Assembly (NCBI RefSeq): GCF_963921235.1 | Contig: NC_086108.1 | Location: forward strand, 48,486,001 to 48,550,000 | DNA: 64,000 nt | Direction of reading: 5' to 3' | Origin: Mobula hypostoma | Lineage: Eukaryota | Shown: positions 24,701-36,700 of the stretch, one piece after another | Layout: each line of letters begins with the position of its first letter | How positions within the stretch are numbered: position 1 is the stretch's first letter | Notes under the pieces: model-generated | Told to the model about the DNA's origin: nothing | Databases searched by the model: none | The model's input: only the letters and a program-made list of their open reading frames with translations | Translations under genes and position numbers: made by a program

Positions 24701-27700
24701 TGTGGATCCAGAATTGACTTGCCCACAGAAGGCAAGGAGCAGTTGTAGATGGATCATATTCTGCATGGAGGTCAGTGACCAGTGGTTTGTCTCAGCTATC
24801 TGTTCTGGGACCCCTTCTCTTCATGATTTTTATAAATGACCTGGATGAGGAAGTAGGTTAGTAAATTTGCTGATGACACAAATGTTGGGGGTGTTGTGGA
24901 TGATGTGGAATGCTGTCAAAGGTTACAGCAGGACATCGATAGGATGCAAAACAGGGCTGAGAAGTGGCAGATGGAGTTCAACCCAGATAAGTGTGAGGTG
25001 GTTCATTTTGGTGGGTCAAATATGATGGCAGAATATAATATTGATGGTAAGACTTTTGGCAGTGTGGAGGATCAGAGGGATCTTGGGGTCTGAGTCCATA
25101 GGACACTCAAAGCTGCTGCACAGGTTGACTGTGTAGTTAAGAAGGCGTACGGTGTATTGGTCTTTATCAACCGTTGAATTGAGTTCAAGACCTGAGAGGT
25201 AGTGTTACAACTATATAGGACCCTGATCAGAATCTACTTGGAGTACTGTGCTCAGTTCTGGTCTACCTCACTACAGGAAGGATATGGAAACTATAGAAAG
25301 GGTGCAGAGGAGATTTACAAGGATATTGCCTGTATTGGGGAGCATGCCTTATGAGAACAGGTTGAGTTAACTTAGCCTTTTCTCCTTGGAGCGACGGAGG
25401 ATGAGAGGTGACCTGATAGAGGTGTATAAGGCGATGAGAGGCATTGATCATGTGGATAGTCAGAGGCTTTTTCCCAGGGCTGAAATGGCCAGGACGAGAG
25501 GGCACAGTTTTAAGGTGCTTGGAAGTAGGTACAGAGGAGATGTCAGGGGTAAGTTTTTTACGCAGAGAGTGGTGAGTGCGTGGAATGAGCTGCCGGCGAC
25601 ACTGGTGGAGACAGATACAATAGGATCTTGGTGGTACATGGAGCTTAGAAAATTAGAGGGCTATCAGTAACCCTGCATAATTTCTAAAGTAAGTACTTGT
25701 TCAGCACATCATTGTGGGCCAAAGGGCCTGTATTGTGCTGTAGGTTTTCTATGTTTCTGTGTTTTTATGTTTCTAAAATGTTACAATTATTTGCAAACTA
25801 CCTCTTAACCAAATCACCATCTAGACCAGTGGTTCTCAAAGTGGGCGATATCGACCCCTGGGAGGGCAGTGAGAGTTTCTAAGAAGGTGATAAAGATAAA
25901 GGGGACTGTAGGGGAGAGTTGCTCGGTGACAAGGGGGACAGTTGAGGGATACAGGCTGAACTTAAGAAATTTATTACATATTATAAGCATTTGATCCTAG
26001 GTGCCTCGTAATAAAGATCACCTCATCTCCTGCTATCCCACTGTCCTCTTGGACTTTGTTCGGTGCATTATAGTTGTTGAAAAGCAATGTGATATTTCTG
26101 TATTTGGCAAATCATGAGAAATCTGGACTGAAGATATTTTGTTATTTTTGGGCCTGGCCCACACATTATTGACATTCACTACTGCAGTACAGTGTTAGCT
26201 AGTACAATTCCCATACTCTCATTACATAGTGACACAGTTCCCGTGAATTAGGGTGTGGCATTCAATGGGGTAAAGTTCAGCATCTGCCCTTTTAAATGGT
26301 CTTGACTGCATTTCTTTGGCCCATAGCCCAATCAAGATATGCTGCATCACTTTATGTACCTTAGACAGAGAGTCAGGTTTTGCCTAAGCTATGATGATGT
26401 CATAACTTTTCCCTTTATTGATCACAATGCTTAAGGTTGGACATAAATAAAAGGCGATTGACTGTGGTCATTAATCCATAATGAAAATGGTAGAAGCAAA
26501 TGAAAATGAAGTACAGACAATATAGTGTGGAGTATTAGAAATAGGATTTATACCAGCACCAAGCAACCAGCAGTAGCCAATGTGTCTGTTGTGTGAAAAA
26601 GCGCTTTTTTTCAAATGAGTCCAGGCTCCTTGAACAATTGAAGTGAATGCACTTTGATAAAGCAAACAAGAAACTGGCTTATTTGCATTCACTCCGTGAT
26701 AACATTCAGGAATGGAAAGCACTTCAAAGCATGTTTGCCAGCGCTTCACAACCAAACAGTGATGGTTTGCATACGTCATACAACATTTCATTGCTCATTG
26801 CTAAATCTGGAAAGCCCCATACAATTGGAGAAGAATTGATTATTACTTCCTTGATAAAAAACTGTACCTAACATATTTATAATTCAATGTGTACTTCACA
26901 GACAACATCTTGTTTTAAGAAAACCCAAGTCATTAAATACTGTTATCACAATGGTAAATAAAATCAAATTCTATATTCTCAATTCTCGACTATTTCGAGA
27001 GCTTTGTGTTGAGAATGATGAACAGTTTAAACGTTTGCTTTGGACACAGAATTCAGATGGCTCGCAAAAGGAAATTTCCTGAAATGCTTTCGTGTGCTTT
27101 TTGAAACTGTGATAAAATTCTTTGAAGACTCAAATGTTTCATTCAGTAATCAACTCAAGAATACTAGGCATGGAATTGTTTAACTGTTGAAATTATTCAC
27201 AAAGTTTAATTAAATCAATTTTTAATTGCAAGGAAATGATGTAAATCTTATCAAAGTCAAATCAGTTGTCTCCACATTTCTGTCCAAGTTAACCCTATTT
27301 AACTCGGGTTGTCATGACCTTTTCCAATTTCTGAATATCTCTGAGTTGGAAGAGAAAAAGAATACCAGATGATGATCTTTAAGTGTACTGTAACCACCTA
27401 GGTTAACTGTATAAAGACCCGTAAGAGAGACTTCAAGGTCTTCTTTTGATCTAAATTCAAGATTAGGTAATAAATCCATTCTTGAACACTTGTAATGAGG
27501 AATTAACAGGAAGGATTGAGAAAGAACTGACCTTGTACAGAATGACTTAGAGCTAAAGCAGAGGTTTAAAAAATCATAACCAGACTTTCAGTTGGAGAAA
27601 GCAATCTCAGAACACTATCCAGCATTGGTCAAAATGTTCTTTATCGCCTTTTCAACATCATATTTAGCAGAGCGTGGTTTCAGTACAGTCACCCAACTTC

Positions 27701-30700
27701 TTTCAAAGCAACAAAACCAAATGCAAATTATTGAACTTGGGGATCTGAGATTCCTTCTGAGTGACATTTAGCCTGATGTTAAGAGGCTAACATCACCGCA
27801 CCAAGTACATCCACTGAAAGGTGAAAAAGCAATGAAATAGTAAATAGTTGGACTAATGTACAATCTAAAATTGTTTTACTTCAATTAAATAAATAATTTT
27901 ATTTGTAGCTTTAAATAGATTTGAATAATTTTTACAATTATTTGTCACTGATTTGAATTTGTAGTTTTTATTTTCTTTCACTGTCCATTGTAAATCAAAA
28001 TTCTTGATAGTTTTTATGTAATGGCTGGAAGGGTGGGGGGCACTGGGGATGTGGTCTGAGAGCCAAGTTTGAGAACCACTGGTCTAGCCAAAGGTGAGAA
28101 AGCAGGTTACTTAGTCTGTGGAGCTTACAGCGTTTTTGTAAGTTAATCGTTCAATGTGTTTGAATGCATGGAAGGACAGGAAGTAACCGAATTATAAAAG
28201 AAAACACACCATTTTGGAGAGGGAGGGAGAGCAACCAGATTTCTTGGTACATTTTGATACCAATGACATAAGAAAGAAAAGCAATGAGGTCCTGAAGACA
28301 GAATTTAGAGATCCATGCAAAAAGCTGAGAAGTAGGACATCCAGGGTAGTAATTTCTGGATGTCTACCTGTGCCACGCACTAGTGAGGGTAGGAACAGGA
28401 TGGTTTTGCAGATAAATGCATGGCTTAGAAGCTGGTGCGGGGGGCAGGACTTCAAGTTTTTGGATCATTGCGATCTCTTCTGGGTGAGGTGACCTGTACA
28501 ATATGGATGGGTTACACCTGCACATGAGGGGAACCAATATTCTCACAGGCAGGTATGTTAGAGCTATTGGGGAGGATATAAGTTAATTTGGCAGTTGGAT
28601 GGAAACTAGAGTGAAGGGACTCAGGATAGGATGGATGGTTAAAAAACGGTAGTGTGCAGTCAAACTGTCAGGACGGTTAGGCAGATGATAAGACAAAATT
28701 GCAGCCAGCAGGATGTGTGTTAGTGCATTAGGGATGCAGAATCAAAAGGGGTAGCAAGTACAGTACTCAAAGTATTATATCTCAATGCACAGAGTTTAAG
28801 AAATAAGGCGGATGATCTTGTGGCACTTTTACAGATTGTCAGGTGTGATATGGCCATCACTGAATCGTGGCTGAAGGATGGTTGTAGTTGGGAGCTGAAT
28901 GTCCAATGTATTGGAAGGATAGGAATGTAGGCGGGGGGGGGCGTGGCTGTGCTGGTAAAGGATGCCAACAGATCATCAGAAAGATGTGACATAAGATCAG
29001 AAGATGTTGAATCCTTATGGGTTGAGTTTAGAAAGTGCATGGGTAAAAGGACCCTGATGGCAGTTATATACAAGCCCCCCAGCAGTAGCTGGGATGTGGT
29101 CTACAGATTACAATGGGAAATAGAAAAGGCATGTCAAAAGGCCAATGTTACAATAGTTATGGGAGATTTTAAGATTCATGTAGATTGGGAAAAATCAGGT
29201 TGGTAATGGATCCCAAGGGAATGAATTTGTTGAACGCTTATGCGTTGGCTTTTTAGAGCAGTTTATTGTTAAGCCTACTAGGGGATCAGCTATACTGGAT
29301 TGGGTGTTATGTAATGAACCAGAGGCAATTAGGGAGCTTAAGGTAAAGGAACCCTTAGGAGACAGTGATCAGAATATGATTGTGTTCAACTTGGAATTTG
29401 ATCAGGAAAAAGTAAAGTCTGCCATAGTAGTATTTCAATGAGAGAGGAGTTGGCCAAAGTGAATTGGAAGGAGATGCTGGCAGGGATGTTCATTTCAAGA
29501 GATCTGGAATACAAGAGCAGGGATGTGATGCTGAGGCTTTATAAGGCACTGGTGAGGCCTTGCCTTGAATATCATGAATAGTTTTGGGCTCCTTATTTAA
29601 GGAAAGATGTGCTGGCATTGGCTCTGGCCCTTACTCACTGGAGTTTAGAAGGATGGGGGTGGAGGAATCTTTTTAAAACCTTTTGAATGTTGAAAGGCCT
29701 AGACAGAGTAGATGTGGAAAGGATGTTTCCCATGGTGGGGGAGTCTAGGACAAGAGGGCACAGCTTCAGGATGGACAGATGCCCATTTACAACAGAGATG
29801 CAGAGAAATTTATTTATCCAGAGGGTGGTGAATTTGTGGAATTTGTTACCGCAGGTCATTGGGTGTTTAAGGCAGAGATTGATAGGTTCTTGAATGGCCA
29901 CAGATCCAAACTTATGGGGAGAAGACTGAGGCGCTGGGCTAAGGAGTGGGAAAAAAAGCATCAGCCATGATTGAGTGGCAGAGCAGACTCGATGCACCAA
30001 ACGGCCTGATTCTGCACCTATGTCCTATGGTCTTGGACTTATGGAAAATGGAAAATGCTGTAAATTTTCAACAGGTCTAGCCTGGGAAGAGAAACAGAGC
30101 TAACAGTTCAAGTCAAAGACTATTTTAAATTACCACACAGTTACACAGTTTTATGTCTCTAATCTTATTAAAGGCCATGAATTGAATTTGTTTATCTGAA
30201 ATAAAGCATTGTTCCTCTGAGGTGAAACCACTTTAAGCACATATGCCAGTTCCTACATTGAATTTTATGGCATGATACAGGAGCCAAGTGAAGTATTGCC
30301 TATTTGAATTCCTGTTGTATTCTCTCCAACAGTGCATGGTGGGTTTTCGGAATGGCTGAAGTGGAGACCGTGTAGTGTGACCTGTGGACAGGGAGTGCAG
30401 AAACGGCTGCGACTGTGTAATAACCCAATACCTGCAAATGGAGGACGGCATTGCCAGGGCGCTGATTCAGAAACATGGGAATGTCAGTCCAAACCTTGCC
30501 CAGGTCTGTTTTAATTTCACAATATAATGTTACATAATAGTTTAGAATGTCAATGAAAATTATGCTTTAATGTGAATTAAACTTCTGCCATTGACCCAGT
30601 TCTTGCACTGAGTAATGCCTGAGGGAAATGGTGCTTTCACCAGGTGTTCATCTGTTTGCAGTGGGAAAATATTCAAAGTTCAAAGTAAATTTATTATTGA

Positions 30701-33700
30701 AGTACATATATGTCACCATATACAACCCTGAGATTCTTCTTCTTAACAGCATTCACAGTAAATACAAGAAACACAATTGAATCACTGAAAATCCACCCCC
30801 AACAAATGTACAAGGGACAACAAACTGTAAATACAAAAATAAAAAAGAAATAATAATAATAATAATCTTATATATAAAGTAATAAAAATATTGCGGGGTA
30901 AACTAGCAAGAACAACTTAGATATAGCCATTCCAAACACACGCAACATACAGAAATCAAAAAGTGAAAGACACCTGAAATATGCAGAATTAAAAGAGAAA
31001 ATTGAAAGACCATGAAACATAAACAGTATATACAGTGTCCCAGTAGTAATATCTACAACTGGTATCATCACAAGGTCACTGTGTAATAGCATTAAACAAT
31101 TAGGCCTATGTAGCAATGTTTATATAAATCTCTGCAAAGCCACAATACAAAACACCACTAGAATAGTCCAAAAATTCCTAACAATTGCAAAATGAGTGTG
31201 CTTGGCTATGCCCGTACCTCAGGTTTTACCAGCTTAGGCTGAGAAAAAAATGAAATTATAATAATAACAATAAACATTAATAACATGCGGTGAAGAGTCT
31301 TTGAAAGTGAGTGCATAGGTTGCAGAAACTCTTCAGTGATGGGGTAAATGAAGTTATCACCTCTGGTTCAAGAGCTTGATGGTTGAGGGTTAATAACTGT
31401 TCCTGAACCTTGTGGTGTAGGTCCAAAGGCTCCTGTACCTTATTTCTGATGGCAGCAGTGAGAAGAGTGCATGGCCTAGATGGTGGGGATTCCTGTTGAC
31501 GGATGCTGTTTTCCTGTGATATCGCTCCATATAGATGTGCTCAATGGTGGGAGGTGGGTCAGGGGCTTTACCCATGATGGACTGGGCCGTATCCGCTACT
31601 TTTTGTCAGCTCGTCCGTTCACGGGGATTGGTGTTTCCATACTGGGCTGTGATCCAGTCAAGATACTGTCCACCACACATCTATGGAAGTTTGTCAAAGT
31701 TTCAGATGACGTGTTGAATCTTCGCAAACCTCTAAGAAAGCAGAGGTGCTGCTATGCTTTGTAATGACACTTGATGCTGGACCCAGGACAGATCCTCTGA
31801 AATGACAATACGGTAAAAAATCCAGTTACAGACCTTGTAAATTTCCTGAAATCTGTTGCAGTTACTATTGTTCAAAGACCGCAGGGTATAATGGTTTCTT
31901 ATTCCCCAAAACATACAGTGGCATGCAAAAGTTTGGGCACCCTGGTCAAAATTTCTGTTACTGTGAATAGCTAAGTGAGTAAAAGATGAACTGATTTCCA
32001 AAAGGCATAAAGTTAAAGATGACACATTGCTTTAATATTTTAAGCAAGATTACTTTTTTTATTTCCATCTTTTACAGTTTCAAAATAATAAAAAAGGAAA
32101 AGGGCCTGAAGCAAAAGTTTGGGTACCCTGCATGGTCAGTACTTAGTAACACCCCCTTTGACAAGTATCACAGCTTGTAAATGCTTTCTGTAGCCAGCTA
32201 AGAGTCTTTCAGTTCTTGATTGGGGGATTTTCACCCATTCTTCCTTGCAAAAGGCTTCTAGTTCTGTGAGATTCTTAGGCTGTCTTGCATGCACTGCTGT
32301 TTTGAGGTCTATCCACAGATTTTCGATGATGTTTAGGTCGGGGGACTGTGAGGGCCATGGCAAAACCTTCAGCTTGCACCTCTTGAGGTAGTCCATTGTG
32401 GATTTTGAGGTGTGTTTAGGATTATTATCCTGTTGTAGAAGCCATCCCCCTTTCATCTTCAGCTTTTTTACAGATGGTGTGATGTTTGCTTCCAGAATTT
32501 GCTGGTATTTAATTGAATTCATTCTTCCCTCTACCAGTGAAATGTTCCCCGTGCCACTGGCTGCAACACAAGCCCAAAGCATGATCGATCCACCCCTACG
32601 CTTAACAGTTGGAGAGGTGTTCTTTTCATGAAATTCTGCACCCTTTTCTCTCCAAACATACCTTTGCTCATTGCGGCCAAGAAGTTTTATTTTAACTTCA
32701 TCAGACCACATGACTTGTTTCAAAAATGCATCAGGCTTGTTTAGATGATCCTTTGCAAACTTCTGACGCTGAATTTTGTGGTGAGGACGCAGGAAAGGTT
32801 TCCTTCTGATGACTTTTCCATGAAGGTCATTGTTGTGTATGTGACCGGTTTACACAACAATATCATTAATAAAAACACTGGAGACGGAAGCTAATTCAAC
32901 AGGGTTCTTTACTAACTAAAACAGAACTGAACACACATATATATAGTTCCCTATGCGCCTAATAGCACATGCTCAATACGATGTATTAGTACAACGTAAA
33001 GTAGTCCTATATTATACAGTAGGTTATATGGTAAACTCCTCCCCTTTTATTTTAATAGTGTATCAACTTTTTTTTTAACTGGGGACACTACGCTAAATAA
33101 TTATGTGTACCCTTAACATACAACACTTACCAATTGTTTACTTAGTAACTTAATAATATCAAATTATAATAGAATAATGTAGTAATAATAATTATAATAA
33201 TTATAACTCGAGTCTTTGAGGGGGGGCCTTCTTATAGCACTCCGGGTAATGTCTGCCCTGAAACGTTTGCTTTGGGGAAATAGTCTCCACAGGTACATCA
33301 GGTGGGTCCTCAGCACTGATGACAGGCTTATCTGTGGATGAAACTGATGTAGTTGTTTCTATATCCAGGGAGTCAGGGCAAGGTGGTGTTGTATTTTTTA
33401 CCTGAGCATTCAGGATTTGATCCACATTATGTGCTTCTATGTCATGGAAGTCCGGGCAAGGTGTTGTTGAGTTTTTCACCTAAGCATCCCGGATCTGGTC
33501 CACATGACATCTCCATACGTTCTCTCCCACCTCCACTGTATACATCAGTGGTCCGTCTATGGTGGAAATTGTACCTGGCTGCCATTTTTCAGTCCGGTAA
33601 TCACGTGCAAGAACTGACTGTCCCACACTGAAGCTCCGTGTTGACTTAGCATTCAAGTGTTTGAACTGTCTGTTGTCCACATCACGCCGTACATCTAGTT

Positions 33701-36700
33701 TGAGAAGATCCATGCGGGACCTCTGGTTCCTGTTCAGAAACATCATCACTGGAGTCTGATTGGTGGTTGCATGTACTGCATTACGATAGGCAAGGAGGAA
33801 GTTGTCTATCTTGTGTTGCAGTGGTCAATTTTCACTGTCCATTGCCTTGATGGCTTCCTTGAATGTCTATACAAATCTTTCTGCCAAGCCATTTGTGGAT
33901 GGATGATAAGGGGCAGATGTAAAGTGCTTGATTCCATTGTTCTTCATAAAATTTTAGAATTCTTCAGAGACAAATTGTTGTCCACTGTCTGTGCAGATTT
34001 GTTTTGGTATGCCATTCCTGGTGAACATGGTCCTCAGAACTGTAATGGTCTTTTCTGATGTGGTTGATTTCATTTTGATGACCTCTGGCCATTTGGAATG
34101 TGCATCGACTGCGATTAAAAAAATAGAGTCCATGAATGGGCCAGTAAAGTCAATGTGCACTCATTGCCATGGTGATGAGGGCCACTCCCATGGATGGAGG
34201 GGGGTTTGTGGTGGTGTGTTCTAGATCTTTTGACATCCAGAGCAGTTCTTGGTCAAGTCCTCAATTTGTTATCGATTCCTGGCGACCACACATAGGCACG
34301 GGCAAGACTTTTCATTTTCACGGTACCCAGGTGCCCCTCGTGCAGTTCCTCCAGCACGCTAGTGCGTAGCTTGGGAGGAATCACAACTCGTGAACCGCAC
34401 ATTAGATTTCCCCGACACACTGACAACTGCTCCTTCCTCGCTGAGAAGGCTGGAAACAGTGTGTTACCCCATGCTGGCCACCCCTTTACCGTGATGTCAT
34501 ACACTTTTGACTACATAGGGTCATTGCATGTTTCCCTTTCAATAAGGCTGTTTGTTACTGGCAATTGTTCAACTATTGTTGTGTGAAAGACCTCTGCTGA
34601 ATCCACTTGTGTAGTTACCTTGGAAGTGGGCAGTGGTAAACGTGACAAACCATCTGCGTTGCTGTGTTGCTTGGTCCCTTTGTGTTCAATGCCATGCCTG
34701 TGACCTCCTAAGAAAAGGGACCATCACTGCAGCCTTTGTGCTGTCATCACTGGAACACCTTTCCTTGGGTCGAAGATTGACACAAGAGGCTGATGGTCAG
34801 TCAACAGAGTAAACTTTTGGCCATACAGGTAGTGACTGAATTTCTTGACTCCCCACACGAGGCTCAGGGTCTCTCTGTCAATCTGTGCATAGTTGCGTTC
34901 AGCTGAAGTTAGCGTTCTTGATGCAAAGGCTATTGGTCTTTTGGAGCCATCTGGAAACTTGTGCAATAACACAGCTCCTATCCCATGGGCCGAGGCAGCA
35001 CAAGCTAGTCGGATAGGTAAGGAGGGGTCAAAGTGCGCGAGCACTCCTTCTGAAATTATGAGTCTTTTAGTTTCTTGAAACACTTTCTCACAGCTCTCAG
35101 TCCACTTCCGTTGTGTCCCTGTCTGTAATAATGCATTTAGTGGGTGTAGGACTGTGGATAGGTTAGGCAAGAACTTGTGGTAGTAGTTCACTAGGCCAAG
35201 ATATGCTCTCAGATGAGACACATTTTCAGGTGGTGGTGCGTTAAGCACCGCTTCTATCTTGTCTTGAGACATGTGTAAGCCATCCTCATTGATCACATGC
35301 CCACAGTATGAAATTTCCTTTTTGAAAAACTCAAAAGTTCTGTCTATTAGCTTTGAGCACATATTCTCGTAACCTGGTGAGCACTTGTTTTAGGTTAGAA
35401 AGATGTTCGTCGTCATCCTTGCCGGTGACAATGATGTGATCCAGGTTAACACTGGGTCCCTGGAATCCCCTGCGGAACCTGGTCCATTGCCCTTTGCCAG
35501 ATTGCAGGAGCTGATGCTATCCCAAACACCAACCTGTTGTACTGGTAAAGTCCTTTGTGTGTATTTATTGTCAGATATTTCTTGGATGCTTCCTCGATTT
35601 CCATTTGGAGGTAAGCCTGGGTCAAGTTGATTTTTGTGAAATGTTTCCCTCCTGACAGGGAAGCAAAGATGTCCTCAATACGAGGTAGAGGATACTGTAC
35701 TGTGCGGAGAACTGGGTTAACAGTCACTTTAAAGTCACCACATATGTGCACCTTGCTTGGTTTTCCTGGTTTTGTGCTGGAGGTTTTCTTCATCACTGGA
35801 ACAATAGGCGTGGCCCATTCACTCCAAACCACCTTGATAGGACCCCAGTCTGCTCCAGATTTTTCAGCTCTGCCTCTACTGTTGGACGGATTGCATATGG
35901 CACTGGTCTGGCTTTGTATAATTTTGGATATGTATTTTCCTCAATCTCAATCTTTGCCTTCATGCCCTGAAGCGTTCCTATTCCTTTCATGAACACTTCC
36001 TCAGAGTCAGCAAGTATTTGTGACAGTCTCTCAGATGTAGCCTTGCTGCCCTACTTTGCTGACACATCTAGTGCCTTGATGGTGTGCCAGTCCAACTGGA
36101 TTTTCCTCAGCCATTCACGTCCCAGCAACGGTGGTCCTCCATTTTTCAGTACATAGAGGTTCAGCTGCTGGGTTTTGTCTCCGTAGGTCACTGTCACATT
36201 AATTTTACCTTTGGGACGCACTTTCTGTCCTGTGTAAGTCTTTAGCAGTAGTTTAGTTCGTTTCAGAGGTATGTGAGGAAACAGTCGTTTGTAGTCGTGT
36301 AGAGATCACTGTTAAAGCTGAGCCTGTGTCCAACTCCATTTTCAGTCTCATGCCTGCCACTTGTGGAGTGATCCATATTACTCTTCGATCATCTGTGTCT
36401 TTCATGCTGTGAAGTTGCAGACAAGACAATTTACTTTTGTCTGAGTAGTTTTCATCAGCATTGTATTCTTTAATTTTGTGCACATTATTGTATTTTCCTT
36501 CTGTATTTTGTCCTTTTTCTGCTGTTTACTAGCTTTGCATACTCTGCCAATGTGGCCCTATTTGCCACAGTTTCTGCATTCTTTATCTTTAAACCAACAA
36601 TCATCAGGGTCATGTGACCTGTTCCCACAACAGTAACATTTCTTTCCTTCATTTCTGTTCAGTGACATTTTATTTGTGGCATATTCCATAGATTTTTGTT

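Larger units (their letters stand above)
18558..25773 (+). mobile_element. Near full-length degenerate CR1 LINE (ORF1 zinc finger plus SGNH esterase; ORF2 EN-RT), interrupted at ~20081-23438
   Basis: ORF1 [32 protein letters not shown]2 YFNARS, ITETW; LGVF|YRPPNS split by the insertion; RT motifs at 24268-25093; (TTTCTATG)n-like tail 25745-25773; candidate TSD TAAAAT at 18552-18557 and 25774-25779. Confidence 0.88.
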
